A stretch of 64,000 bases of DNA. Origin: an uncultured Candidatus Bathyarchaeia archaeon (lineage in GTDB: Archaea > Thermoproteota > Bathyarchaeia > Bathyarchaeales > Bathyarchaeaceae). The position numbers and the translations under genes are program-made. Shown one piece after another: positions 45,894 to 55,950 of the stretch. A model generated the notes under the pieces. The model had not been told where the DNA came from and made no database searches. It saw nothing but the letters and a program-made list of their open reading frames with translations. The stretch lies in assembly GCA_964399485.1 (NCBI GenBank), contig CAYNQS010000001.1, forward strand, positions 64,797 through 128,796, written 5' to 3'. Within the stretch, counting starts at the first letter, position 1; every line of letters begins with the position of its first letter.

Positions 45894-46712
45894 TCAGAAT
45901 GGCGCAAAGACTCCGATGAACACTAGCCATGCTAGGATTGATTTTGCCACGAAGCTGAGTATGATATAGACTCTTTCGCCGTACAGGTAGTCTCTCCAGC
46001 GTCCAACGCCCTTGTACTGCAGAACCATGTTGACTGCGAAGATGTTGAACAGGAAGAAGTAGATGAACAATATCATGTAAACGAAGGTTGGAGGGTCCAA
46101 GCCCGTGGATTGGATAGCAGCGACGAAATAGGCGTAGAGCACAACCCATGGTGTGAAGCCGGAAATGCTTCCGAGAATAAAGGCTGACCAGCTTGTTTTC
46201 TCCGTTTTCTGGTTCACCACTTCCATTAGGTAACCGAACATTATCATCATCGCATTCAAAACAAAAATCATGACCAGCGACCAGAAATCCCAGACGCCCA
46301 AGAACAATGCAATCAGCACAATCATTATGGAGCTAGAGAATGCATATTCGTACCATCGGTATGGATTCATGCCTTTTTTCAGATTCTCGTTATACTGTTT
46401 ATTCTTAACGAATGCAATAGCGAAATGAGCTAATGCAGAAATCAGCGGGAATGACGCCACAATAATTCCTAAGTATCCTACGGTGAACAAGACCTGTGGG
46501 TCTATAACTATTTGAAATGGTGGACCTTCACCTATTATGAATTTTGGGTAGAAAGTGTAAATGCTACGTTCCCACTCAAGTTGAGTTCCCAACAGCAGCA
46601 TCAATAATCCTTGGATTAGATGCAAAACACCAGCAGCTGCATTGAAGCGCTTAAGATGCGAGAAAGAAATCGGCGAGTTAGCTATAATCTCTTGTCTTTC
46701 TCTAAATTTCAT
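45894..46712 (-). CDS. Heliorhodopsin
   Basis: Seven TM segments, collinear with heliorhodopsin 48C12 as remembered: FNAAAGVLHLIQ, ISALAHF, YRWYEYAFSSSIMIVLIA, LQYKGVGRWRDYLYGERVYIILSFVAKSILAW (TM7 Lys). Confidence 0.9.
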   Translation of the reverse strand: MKFRERQEIIANSPISFSHLKRFNAAAGVLHLIQGLLMLLLGTQLEWERSIYTFYPKFIIGEGPPFQIVIDPQVLFTVGYLGIIVASFPLISALAHFAIAFVKNKQYNENLKKGMNPYRWYEYAFSSSIMIVLIALFLGVWDFWSLVMIFVLNAMMIMFGYLMEVVNQKTEKTSWSAFILGSISGFTPWVVLYAYFVAAIQSTGLDPPTFVYMILFIYFFLFNIFAVNMVLQYKGVGRWRDYLYGERVYIILSFVAKSILAWLVFIGVFAPF

Positions 46713-46877
46713 AAAGCATCATATCTAATTTTTGTTCTTTTATAATTTTTGTAGAAAAATTTTACACTGTCTTTTAGTTAGGCTAGTTGGCGACTGTGTT
46801 TTCAATTTGAACCCCACTTTTTAAAAAAGATGGTAATTGAAGTCTAGGTTTTCACACCTAATTCCTCAATAGCAGAT

Positions 46878-46976
46878 TTAAGCTAATTTTAGTTTTGCAC
46901 CACAAACAGAGCATTTTCCATCAGCTGTTATTTTTGGCTGTTCTTTGACCTCTTTTTTACAAAGCCCACACTTCAA
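46878..46976 (-). CDS. Possible 32-aa zinc-ribbon peptide
   Basis: TTG start 6 nt after GGAGGTG. Translation is MKCGLCKKEVKEQPKITADGKCSVCGAKLKLA. The longer 72-aa ORF lacks ribosome-binding-site support. Confidence 0.35.
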   Translation of the reverse strand: MKCGLCKKEVKEQPKITADGKCSVCGAKLKLA

Positions 46977-47132
46977 AATTTTCACCTCCCCCCGGAAAAA
47001 GGACTGATTCACGTAATATAATATGGCTTTTAGGCTAGTTAAGATTTTCGCCACCACAAAATACGTAATAAAAACTCTTAAAAACAGAATGCACAAAACA
47101 GTAAGGTGTAGCCATCAGAAGGGGGTGAGTCT

Positions 47133-47306
47133 ATGAAGTATTGTAAATGGACTTTAATTATAGTTGGGTTGATTGTTCTGGTGATGGGAATTGCAGGTCT
47201 GCCAGGCATTTCTGACATGGGAACTGAACCAGATTGGCATGCAGCATTAAAAATTGTCATTGGCATAGTTGCTGTAGTAGTTGCATTGATGGAAAAAAAG
47301 GAATGA
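47133..47306 (+). CDS. Possible 57-aa two-helix membrane protein (below the ORF-track cutoff)
   Basis: ATG after GGGGGTGAGTCT. Translation is MKYCKWTLIIVGLIVLVMGIAGLPG...IVIGIVAVVVALMEKKE. Confidence 0.45.
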   Translation: MKYCKWTLIIVGLIVLVMGIAGLPGISDMGTEPDWHAALKIVIGIVAVVVALMEKKE

Positions 47307-47551
47307 AAATTTTAAAACCATTAAACTTCCCCTTTTTTTGAATGAACAATTTTTTTGTCAACTAGGATAACTGATTTCTTTGTTCTCTTCCTTGTGTGAA
47401 TATATTGTTATAGTGTAGAGGTGAATACAGTTTGTTGCACATTCAGCAGATGCGGAAAAACGTTTACTCTGTCGTTACAGGCAACAAATCATCGTTTTAT
47501 TGCGACTCTACGGATTTAAGTGTAGTTTTACATACTACTTTGTGAGTAACA

Positions 47552-48619
47552 GTGCCGGAAGCAACTTGCTTAAAGGTTCCAAAAAACTTGGGAGAACAAG
47601 CTATTCGCCTAGTTAGAGAACTCCAACTTTTAAATCAAAAACTGAAGGTCCACCAAGTAGGCGACTATCTCTGCATACCCTTAACCGCTGCCCCCTCACC
47701 TGCGGTTATCAATAGACTCGAGAAGAAAGTGCCCAACTTCGAAATCTCTGTCCACGCTTTTACTGAGCAGGAGAAACGCCATTTCACACACCTTGATTCT
47801 CTCGCAGACAAACTGTCCCCCAACCTCTTGGCAAGCGTTCCTCGAGCAATCGATTTCATAGGTGACATCGCCATAGTTGAGATTCCCCAACAGCTTGTAA
47901 ACTATAAAAAGCCAATCGGAGAAGCGATACTGGAGGCGCACAAGCAGACAATCACGGTTCTAGCCAAATCAAGTGCTGTTGAAGGAGTTTACCGCACAAG
48001 AGACTTCGAAGTCATAGCCGGCGCAGAGAAAACTGCCACCGTCTACAGAGAGTATGGTTGCGTATATCATGTGGATGTTGCCAAAGCCTACTTCTCCCCC
48101 CGCCTCTCCACCGAACACAACAGAGTTGCTTCACAGGCGAAAGATGGAGAAACAGTTGTTGACCTGTTCGCTGGAGTTGGGCCCTTCGCTATTCCAATCG
48201 CAAAAAAACACGAAAATGTGCGGGTCTACGCTGTTGACGTGAACCCAGACGCCATAGCCATGCTGAAAATGAACATTGCCGTGAACCGTGCAGAAAAACA
48301 GGTTGTGCCACTTCTTGGCGACGCCCGTCAAGTGGTCAGAGAACAGCTGTCTGGGAAAGCGGATCGTGTGATTATGAATCTGCCGGAAACTGCATTAGAG
48401 TTTGTGGATGTAGCCTGCGAAGCCCTCAAGCCGGAGGACGGTATTATACATTATTACGGTTTCGTTAAGGCTTCGAACCCGCTGGAAACAGCAAAAGTTC
48501 GGTTAACCGAAGCCGTGAGCCTAAACAACCGACAGATAAACAGCTTTCTGTTAACGAAGACGGTGCGAGAAGTTGCCCCTTACACATGGCAAGTGGTTGT
48601 GGATGCTCGAATTCAATAA
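47552..48619 (+). CDS. tRNA methyltransferase/aminocarboxypropyltransferase of the Trm5/Taw2 family
   Basis: VVDLFAGVGPFAIPIAKK SAM-binding motif and NLPE catalytic-loop motif; 355 aa. Confidence 0.8.
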   Translation: MPEATCLKVPKNLGEQAIRLVRELQLLNQKLKVHQVGDYLCIPLTAAPSPAVINRLEKKVPNFEISVHAFTEQEKRHFTHLDSLADKLSPNLLASVPRAIDFIGDIAIVEIPQQLVNYKKPIGEAILEAHKQTITVLAKSSAVEGVYRTRDFEVIAGAEKTATVYREYGCVYHVDVAKAYFSPRLSTEHNRVASQAKDGETVVDLFAGVGPFAIPIAKKHENVRVYAVDVNPDAIAMLKMNIAVNRAEKQVVPLLGDARQVVREQLSGKADRVIMNLPETALEFVDVACEALKPEDGIIHYYGFVKASNPLETAKVRLTEAVSLNNRQINSFLLTKTVREVAPYTWQVVVDARIQ

Positions 48620-49053
48620 CTTGCCACAGTCAACGTGACTTTGACTTCTTGATTGTGGTCTTTCAGCTTTTCAACAAGCTTTCTTGAGAAGTCGCTGGCA
48701 GCCTTATCTGCCCTTATCGCCAATGTTCGACCACACACGTAACCGCTCTTTCTCACCACCAGATCCGTGGGGTGAGTGAACTGTAACTTGGGGCTTCCTT
48801 TTGCCTTCACCGTTTCATCCAGTTCGCCTGCCTCGATCGTTACTGTTATTCGTGCATCCTCTTTTCTTGCGGCTTCCTTGAATTCGAACGGCAAATCCGC
48901 TGCAGCTCTAGTGGACTCCACAGCCAATATGCAATCGCCCCGCTTCGTAAGAGTCGCTTCCTTTGTGACTTCAAATGTTGTTTTGTGTGTTGCCAGTACA
49001 TTCTTGTGTCCAAGTGCATGAAACACAACAGTTACAGAGTCCATACCTAACAA
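48613..49053 (-). CDS. DUF371 family protein
   Basis: GHKNVLATHKTTFEVTKEATLTKRGDCILAV matches the DUF371 pattern. Confidence 0.7.
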   Translation of the reverse strand: MLGMDSVTVVFHALGHKNVLATHKTTFEVTKEATLTKRGDCILAVESTRAAADLPFEFKEAARKEDARITVTIEAGELDETVKAKGSPKLQFTHPTDLVVRKSGYVCGRTLAIRADKAASDFSRKLVEKLKDHNQEVKVTLTVASY

Positions 49054-49127
49054 AGCAGCTTGGCCTTCAAATATTTCTTTAGGCCTTCAAACTGGAAAAA
49101 ACATTCTTGTGTGTTCAGGAACAGAGT

Positions 49128-50090
49128 TTATTCAAGAACTTCTATGGAGTCAACCTTTCCATCGCCGTCGAGGTCGAATCCCTGAATCACAACAGCAAAT
49201 TCTTCTTCGCCGCCAAAGTTCCTCAAGGTCTTCTTCCAGAATTTAGTGAGAGCCAACACACATGCCTTAGTTCCGATTGCCTTGTTGCCCGCGAGAACGA
49301 TCACACTCTTTTTCTTGTTCCACGGGTTAGGTATTTTCGCTATTAACCCAATGTTGTCAGCGGTGTAGACGTTTTGGGTTTTTTCTGAGAAAAGCCCTCC
49401 CAAAAGGAAACCATGCTCAGAGGGCATCATGTTGAAGCGTATGGGCAAAAATTCGTTTAACTCTTGGGTAATCAGGTTGGTTCCAGGTCCACCAACCAAG
49501 ATTAGGTTGTTGTCTTCCTCCTTCTCAGCCTTCACGTCAACATCCAGCTTTATCAGAAAGTCCTCCGGCAAATCCACGAATTGACCCAGAAAGAGGGTAA
49601 GATATGCGACATAGTGTCCGTCTCTGGCTTTGGCTTTGAAGGGACCATGAGGATCAGGGCTTCCAACAATGATTTTTCCATCAAAAGTGTCGCCTTTGAC
49701 AAGAGGGTTTAGGAACTTTTTCATTTTCTCAGCTATGTTGGTGGCTGGGAACCTGTTGATCTTTTGGTAACCAAATGGGAGTTCTACGCCTATGGCTGGA
49801 AACACGGCTTTGTAGTATTTTGCGACGGCCCCCTTCTTTTCTTCTTCTCTAACAACTTTTATCGCGCCAGCTTTGGTCAGCTTTCTGATGTGATAATACA
49901 CTTTCTGTTCGTGCACTTTCAGTTTCCTAGCGACCTCCATGGGATACATTTCTCTTTCGCTTAGGAGTTGGAGGATCTTCCAGCTGAGTTTGTTCAGGAC
50001 AGATCTGAGTCTCTCTGGGTCTTCGAAAATCGCTATGTCCTTAGCTGTGAGCTGTCTTTTTTCGCCGCTGAGCAAACGCTTCTTCTTCAT
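49128..50090 (-). CDS. wHTH (ArsR-like) domain protein with large C-terminal domain
   Basis: N-terminal SWKILQLLSEREMYPMEVARKLKVHEQKVYYHIRKLTKAGAI; about 220-aa C-terminal domain not recognised. Confidence 0.65.
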   Translation of the reverse strand: MKKKRLLSGEKRQLTAKDIAIFEDPERLRSVLNKLSWKILQLLSEREMYPMEVARKLKVHEQKVYYHIRKLTKAGAIKVVREEEKKGAVAKYYKAVFPAIGVELPFGYQKINRFPATNIAEKMKKFLNPLVKGDTFDGKIIVGSPDPHGPFKAKARDGHYVAYLTLFLGQFVDLPEDFLIKLDVDVKAEKEEDNNLILVGGPGTNLITQELNEFLPIRFNMMPSEHGFLLGGLFSEKTQNVYTADNIGLIAKIPNPWNKKKSVIVLAGNKAIGTKACVLALTKFWKKTLRNFGGEEEFAVVIQGFDLDGDGKVDSIEVLE

Positions 50091-50480
50091 GCCCGTAACT
50101 ATGACTGAATCCCCTATAAATATTATTTTAATGGTTAATAACCGTGATTTCTCGTGCCGCTAGGGAACTGTGTTGCTTATCCAACATCAATTCAGTATGG
50201 TTGAACTTGTATAGTCTCCTTTGCGGCTGCCTTCCAATCCACAGTTGCTGCCTACAATCATCACGTCCTTGAGTTTAAGCCCAAAACCATGCTATAGCAA
50301 CTTTCAGTTGGGTTTTGATATTGAACGATTCAAACACAAATAAGTTCTTCATCTTTTGGTTATGCGTTAAAACAGATAAAGTATATTTTAAATTCATACA
50401 CATGCCGCCCAAAAAACTTCACACGCTTCAGTTAATGGTTAATTTTATTAGATGCATAGAGCGTAGAGAAAAATGGAAGG

Positions 50481-50798
50481 ATGACCCTGACACTTAATGA
50501 GTCATTTGCGCCCATCATTTTTCAGCTGTGCATCGGCGGAATCGGCGGATTTTTGATAGGTTACGCCGTACGGAAATTCATTAAAATCGCCTTGATTATC
50601 GGAGTGATTGTCTTTTCTCTAATTTTTTTGGCTTACACAAACGTGATCAACGTAGATTACGGTGGACTAGCCGAAATGGTGTCAAGTTTCGTTAACGCCA
50701 TTAATCCGGCGCTAGAAGTGTTCACTCCCCTCTTGGCACACATTCCCTTCATAGTCAGCCTCATGATCGGCTTATTTCTTGGATTCACAAGGGACTAA
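50481..50798 (+). CDS. Small membrane protein (FUN14-like)
   Basis: 105 aa, three hydrophobic helices, Gly-rich first helix GGIGGFLIGY. Confidence 0.5.
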   Translation: MTLTLNESFAPIIFQLCIGGIGGFLIGYAVRKFIKIALIIGVIVFSLIFLAYTNVINVDYGGLAEMVSSFVNAINPALEVFTPLLAHIPFIVSLMIGLFLGFTRD

Positions 50799-50854
50799 TC
50801 TATATCCGCTATTCTGATACACTTAGTCTAGAGAATATGGTTGCTCAATTTCCG

Positions 50855-51283
50855 CTAAGTCGGTTGGTCTTTTCTGATGTATTTCTGCATTTCTTGCCAT
50901 ATGGCTTTTATGTCCGCCACTTTTCCCACGATCGGATCCATTTTTTTGCTCACGGTTTCGATGCGCAAAATTCCCCTCTTTCGAAATACCCCCATTTCGC
51001 CATATTGCATTGATCTAATGTCCTCGATTCTCTCCGAGATGATTCTGTCCTTTTTGAACAAAACTCCCCGTCGTCTATACAGTAGTATCCGTTGATCGGT
51101 TATGTAAAAGAAAAAGCTGTCGTTAAGGCTGTCAATCTTGTTGCTCTGGAATACTATTGTTTCGCCGGGATAAAGGAAATCTGTAAGAACCAAATTGCTC
51201 TCCTTCTTTTCTGTTGAGTTTTTTGGTTCATATTTTTTGTGGTAAACGATGTAACGCCTGAAGTCGTATGAAGTAGGGTGCAT
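50855..51283 (-). CDS. Hypothetical protein with PH/GRAM-like (bPH_2-type) region
   Basis: GETIVF...FFFYITDQRILLYRRRG...I.SMQY pattern resembles bacterial PH domains. Weak assignment. Confidence 0.45.
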   Translation of the reverse strand: MHPTSYDFRRYIVYHKKYEPKNSTEKKESNLVLTDFLYPGETIVFQSNKIDSLNDSFFFYITDQRILLYRRRGVLFKKDRIISERIEDIRSMQYGEMGVFRKRGILRIETVSKKMDPIVGKVADIKAIWQEMQKYIRKDQPT

Positions 51284-51475
51284 CGTTATGGTCAGAATCG
51301 TGACGGTACTTGTACGGTACGAGTATCGTTTCAGTAAACCCTTACAATTTCAATTATAATTCTAAAACACGATTCCTAAAAATGCTTATAGCCACTATTT
51401 CTGTTTAAATAAAGCCTACAAAAACGGATGTGCCTCCCCTCTTATATGTGAACCAAGAAATGTGAGGAATGAATT

Positions 51476-53299
51476 ATGTGTGGAATATTCGGATGTATCT
51501 TACGAACAGGTGATGCTGCATCGATAATTCACAAAGGCTTAAAGAAGCTTGAATATCGGGGCTACGACTCCGTAGGAATAGCAACACTTCAAGGGAGCCA
51601 ATTGTTCATAAAAAAGGATAGCGGAAAAATTGACGATGTTCACGAAATACACAACCTCGACGCTCTTCCCGGCAGACTGGGGATAGGTCATACGCGATGG
51701 GCTACACACGGCGCACCCTATCAAGTTAACGCCCATCCACATACTGACTGTGACAATCAAATTGCTGTTGTTCACAACGGAATTATCGAAAATTTTGCGG
51801 AACTCAAAACTGAACTTGAAGAGTCTGGGCATACTTTTAGGTCAAAAACTGACACCGAGGTCATCGCGCACCTTGTTGAAGAAAAGTTGAAGGAAGGTTT
51901 GTCCCTTGTCGATGCGGTTCGAGAGACTGTGAAACGGTTAGACGGCTCTTACGCCCTCGCTATCATCTCTGTTAAAGAACCTGACAAGATTGTTTGTGCA
52001 CGAGAGGAGAGTCCACTCGTTCTTGGAGTAGCAGAAGACAGCCTATACGTTGCATCTGACATTCCCGCTTTTCTCTCGAATACCAACAAATCTGTTGTTA
52101 TTCAAGACGGAGAGCTTGTGGTTTTAAGTGATAAGGGATACCAAATCCGAAACATTGCTGATTGGAAAGTGGTCACTAGAAAGCCGGAGATTATAGATTG
52201 GGCTCCAGAGATGGCTGAGAAACAGGGCTATCCGCACTTCATGCTGAAGGAGATTCATGAGCAGCCTTTACGCTTAAGAAACACCCTCCGTTTACAGGAC
52301 AAATACTTGGAGTTGATGACCACCTTCTTAGATAGGGCAGGAGAAGTTTTCTTGGTGGCCTGCGGAACCTCCTACCATGCCTGCTTGGCAGCGTCCTACA
52401 TGTTCTCTAAGTTGTCTTTCTTGGCAACTCATCCTATCATAGCCTCCGAGTTTGTTGAACAACATGGAAAATCAGTGAACATCGATAGCACCCTTCTGGT
52501 CGTCAGCCAGTCCGGAGAAACCGCTGACACATTAGAAGCAGTTGAAAGCGCTAGACTGCGCGCCGCTACGGTTCTGGGACTCACTAACATTGTCGGCTCC
52601 ACCCTGACCCGGGTTGCTCGGGTCTACATATGTCAGCAGTCAGGTCCAGAGATAGGAGTCGCAGCTACGAAAACCTTCACCTCTCAGCTCTCTGTGCTCT
52701 CTCAGCTAGCCATAAGACTCGCCAAGAAGCGGGGAAAGATTTCTCATGTGGAGATTGAGGAAATGGAGGAGAAGCTTGAGCAGATACCTGACATCGTTGA
52801 ACGTGTTATCCAGAGTCAAGAAGAAAGTGTGAAACAGTTAGCAAAGAAATATCGAGGCAAGCAAGCCTTCTTCTTTTTGGGACGGGGAATAAGCTCTGCT
52901 GTAGCCCTTGAGGGCAGATTGAAGCTCATGGAGATCGCCTATCTTCCTTCAATAGCTTATCCTGCAGGAGAAAGCAAGCATGGTCCCATCAGTTTGATCG
53001 AGCAGGGTTTTCCTGTGGTTTTTGTATGCCCAAAGGACGGCACACATAAAACGATAATCAGCAACATTATGGAGATGAAGGCTCGCGGCGCCTCAATAAT
53101 CGTGATAATTGAGAAGGGGGATGAGGAGATAAAGAAGTTGGCTGATGATTACGTAGAGATAGACACGGGATTGCCTGAAATCTTGTCTCCAATACCTTTT
53201 GTCACTCCGCTGCAACTCTTCGCCTACTACATGGCACTTGAGCAAGGATGCGACCCAGACAAGCCCCGAAACTTGGCTAAATCCGTGACAGTAAAGTAG
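51476..53299 (+). CDS. glmS: Glutamine--fructose-6-phosphate aminotransferase
   Basis: MCGIFG N-terminal nucleophile, two SIS domains (SQSGETADT), C-terminal KPRNLAKSVTV; 607 aa. Confidence 0.95.
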   Translation: MCGIFGCILRTGDAASIIHKGLKKLEYRGYDSVGIATLQGSQLFIKKDSGKIDDVHEIHNLDALPGRLGIGHTRWATHGAPYQVNAHPHTDCDNQIAVVHNGIIENFAELKTELEESGHTFRSKTDTEVIAHLVEEKLKEGLSLVDAVRETVKRLDGSYALAIISVKEPDKIVCAREESPLVLGVAEDSLYVASDIPAFLSNTNKSVVIQDGELVVLSDKGYQIRNIADWKVVTRKPEIIDWAPEMAEKQGYPHFMLKEIHEQPLRLRNTLRLQDKYLELMTTFLDRAGEVFLVACGTSYHACLAASYMFSKLSFLATHPIIASEFVEQHGKSVNIDSTLLVVSQSGETADTLEAVESARLRAATVLGLTNIVGSTLTRVARVYICQQSGPEIGVAATKTFTSQLSVLSQLAIRLAKKRGKISHVEIEEMEEKLEQIPDIVERVIQSQEESVKQLAKKYRGKQAFFFLGRGISSAVALEGRLKLMEIAYLPSIAYPAGESKHGPISLIEQGFPVVFVCPKDGTHKTIISNIMEMKARGASIIVIIEKGDEEIKKLADDYVEIDTGLPEILSPIPFVTPLQLFAYYMALEQGCDPDKPRNLAKSVTVK

Positions 53300-53387
53300 A
53301 CAAACAAGGCCAAAAGACTAACACATTTAACAAAGTTCTTGAATAACTCTGCAGTGTTGATTGGAGTCCGTGGAGGATGTTTTGTTC

Positions 53388-54020
53388 ATGAAGGCTGTTG
53401 GTCTTTTTTCTGGCGGTAAAGATTCACTCTACGCCGTATATCTTGCCGAAAAAAGGGGTATCGAGGTTGAGCAGCTGTTAACTTTGATTCCAAGTCTTCC
53501 TCGACCCTCTCCTCATGCCGAAAACATGGAAGCTCTGAAGATATTAGCGGAATCCATGGGGAAACCTCAGACAATAGTTGATTTTAAGAAGGAAGGAGCA
53601 TTCATTGAGGCACTCAAAAGCCTTGAGGTTGATGCTTTGGTTGCCGGTGACATTTTTGTTGAGGAGCATGTGGCGGGTCTTAAAGATGTCTGCAGTAAGG
53701 TTGGTTTGGAGTTGTTTGAGCCCCTCTACAGGAGAGACACGTCAGAGGTTTTCGATGAAATCTTCGGTTTAGGATTCAAGGCTTTGATTACGGGTGTAAA
53801 CCTGAAATATCTGGGTGAAGAGTGGCTGGGATACACCATCAGTAAAGAGACGAGCGCCAGCTTTCTGTCGAAGATTGGAAGTGCTGACCCTTTGGGCGAA
53901 AACGGGGAGTTTCATACGCTGGTCCTCGACTGTCCCCTCTACGCGAAATCCTTTAAGGTAAAGGATGTGGAGAAGAAAGCTGCGAAGGGTACGGCTTATC
54001 TTAATGTGACAATTGTGTAA
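53388..54020 (+). CDS. dph6: Diphthine--ammonia ligase (Dph6, MJ0570-type ATP pyrophosphatase)
   Basis: GLFSGGKDS PP-loop and GENGEFHT motif. Start set at MKAVG. Confidence 0.8.
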   Translation: MKAVGLFSGGKDSLYAVYLAEKRGIEVEQLLTLIPSLPRPSPHAENMEALKILAESMGKPQTIVDFKKEGAFIEALKSLEVDALVAGDIFVEEHVAGLKDVCSKVGLELFEPLYRRDTSEVFDEIFGLGFKALITGVNLKYLGEEWLGYTISKETSASFLSKIGSADPLGENGEFHTLVLDCPLYAKSFKVKDVEKKAAKGTAYLNVTIV

Positions 54021-54166
54021 AGTTTTGTATAATCTGCCTTAGAACCTGTGGATTTTCTCTGGTTCGGTGTTTCGTGTTTTTGCAGGAACTTTTATATAGG
54101 TGTTTGGATGGATTATCCATCCGAGTGGGTGAAAACAATGGAAAACAAGATAACCAGCAAACTGGG

Positions 54167-55135
54167 ATGGTGGAAATAACGTCAAGGAAAACAATCATCG
54201 CTATCATACTATTGATAATAGTTGGAGTCACGGCAGTTATTGCCGTTTCACAATTCTACAAACCTGAGGAAGCAACCCCCGGTACGGTAAGCATTATAGA
54301 CGACGTTGGAAGAAACGTTACGATAACCGATTTTCCTCCGCAGAGAATAGTGTCAACGGCTGCTAGTTGTACGGAAATACTTTTCGCGTTGGGACTGGGA
54401 GACAAAGTCGTTGGTGTGGACGAATATTCCGACTATCCTCCAGAGGTTCTAGAAAGGGTTGATGCGGGCACCTTAACAACTGTAGGATCCTTCGCTGAAA
54501 TTAACATAGAGTTGGTTGTCAGCTTAGAACCTGATTTGATTGTGGCAACAAGTGGAGTGCAGAGTGCAGTTGTAGAAAACTTGGAGGGACAAGGCCAAAC
54601 TGTCATTGTTTTATATCCCGAAAGGTTTGACGGAGTACTCACAGACATTTCTTTGGTTGGAGAAATCACGGGCCAAACAGATGAGGCGGAAGAAATTGTA
54701 ACAGATATGCAGGAAAGAGCCCAGGAAATCGCTGAAAAAGTAAAAGACTTACCTAAAATACCTGTCTACATTGAAATGTTCTTCAATGGAGGCTACTGGA
54801 CTTTCGGGTCAGACTCGTATGTTGACGAGTTGATCTCTATGGCTGGTGGAACAAACGTGTTTTCGGGAGTCGGAGGCGGACACATATCAACATCTTCAGA
54901 GGAGATACTTCAAGCGAATCCAGAGATTATAATAATCTCGAGGGGTGCCATGGCAGATTTTTGTGGGCTTACAGCGGAAGTAATTAGAGCACGGCCGGGT
55001 TGGAACGAGATTTCCGCGGTGAAAAATGATCAGATATACGAAGTCACGGAATCTATCATAGTTTTAGGAGTGCCCAGACTGATTGATGGCTTGGAAGCGA
55101 TTGCTGAAATAATTCATCCGGAACTGTTCAGCTGA
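54167..55135 (+). CDS. ABC importer substrate-binding protein (FhuD/BtuF class, siderophore/heme/cobalamin type)
   Basis: N-terminal TM/signal anchor. RIVSTAASCTEILFALGLGDKVVGV and DLIVATSG are typical of Peripla_BP_2 proteins. Confidence 0.85.
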   Translation: MVEITSRKTIIAIILLIIVGVTAVIAVSQFYKPEEATPGTVSIIDDVGRNVTITDFPPQRIVSTAASCTEILFALGLGDKVVGVDEYSDYPPEVLERVDAGTLTTVGSFAEINIELVVSLEPDLIVATSGVQSAVVENLEGQGQTVIVLYPERFDGVLTDISLVGEITGQTDEAEEIVTDMQERAQEIAEKVKDLPKIPVYIEMFFNGGYWTFGSDSYVDELISMAGGTNVFSGVGGGHISTSSEEILQANPEIIIISRGAMADFCGLTAEVIRARPGWNEISAVKNDQIYEVTESIIVLGVPRLIDGLEAIAEIIHPELFS

Positions 55136-55155
55136 TTGCAGAGGACTAAGCAGTA

Positions 55156-55908
55156 ATGACGAACATCTACAACATCACACATTACAGTAGCAGCAACTCC
55201 ATATACATCCTCTTTAAGGGATGCAACTTCCAATGCAAAGGTTGTTTTATAAAGGACACGAAGTGGGACTACCACCTTGCAGATGACGTTCGTGAACATT
55301 TTGAAGCAACCAAAGATATTGAACTGTTATCGTTGAGCGAATTTGAGACTATCGTTAAAGGGCTTAATGTAAAACAAGCTGTTTTGGGCGGAGAAGAGTG
55401 CACTGTCGATGAAGAGCTGCCAAACGTAGTCGATTTGCTCACCAGTCTCGGCATCAAAACTCTCGTAACGACCAACGGTCATCGTTTAAATGAAGAATTG
55501 ATAGAAGAATTGGAGGCGGCAGGGCTCTCGGCTACTCGCATGAGTATCAAGGCATATGAGGACAGTATTCATCGACTTTACACAGGACACACTAACAAGT
55601 CAGTTTTGAAGCATTTCAGGCTTCTCAGCGAAAGTCGAATCAGACCTATTGCAGAGAGCACGTTAATCCCAGGGTTGGTCGAACAAAATGAAATTGAGAG
55701 AATAGCTGAATTTATTGCCATCATAAATCCAGCGATACCGTATAGAGTCGACGGGTTTCTTCCTTCCTATAAGGCGACTTGGCGAGCCCCCTCTCCAGAG
55801 GAAGTGATTAACGCAGTACATGCAGCCCAAAAGTATTTGTGGTGCGTTCACTATCTCCACTGCGCGACAGTACAGCATGAAAATAAAGTCTCCAGTGTAT
55901 ATCCATGA
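55156..55908 (+). CDS. Small radical SAM protein embedded in the ABC operon
   Basis: CNFQCKGC (C-x3-C-x2-C) near the N-terminus, LGGEE glycine-rich motif; 250 aa. Subfamily not recognised. Confidence 0.8.
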   Translation: MTNIYNITHYSSSNSIYILFKGCNFQCKGCFIKDTKWDYHLADDVREHFEATKDIELLSLSEFETIVKGLNVKQAVLGGEECTVDEELPNVVDLLTSLGIKTLVTTNGHRLNEELIEELEAAGLSATRMSIKAYEDSIHRLYTGHTNKSVLKHFRLLSESRIRPIAESTLIPGLVEQNEIERIAEFIAIINPAIPYRVDGFLPSYKATWRAPSPEEVINAVHAAQKYLWCVHYLHCATVQHENKVSSVYP

Positions 55909-55950
55909 ATTAAGTAAGGTGACCCATTATCAGACGATAAAGGAGAGGCG

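Noticed and set aside
51284-51475. Looked for a glmS ribozyme upstream of glmS
   Set aside because: No conserved ribozyme core was recognisable. The element is a bacterial feature and is not expected in archaea.
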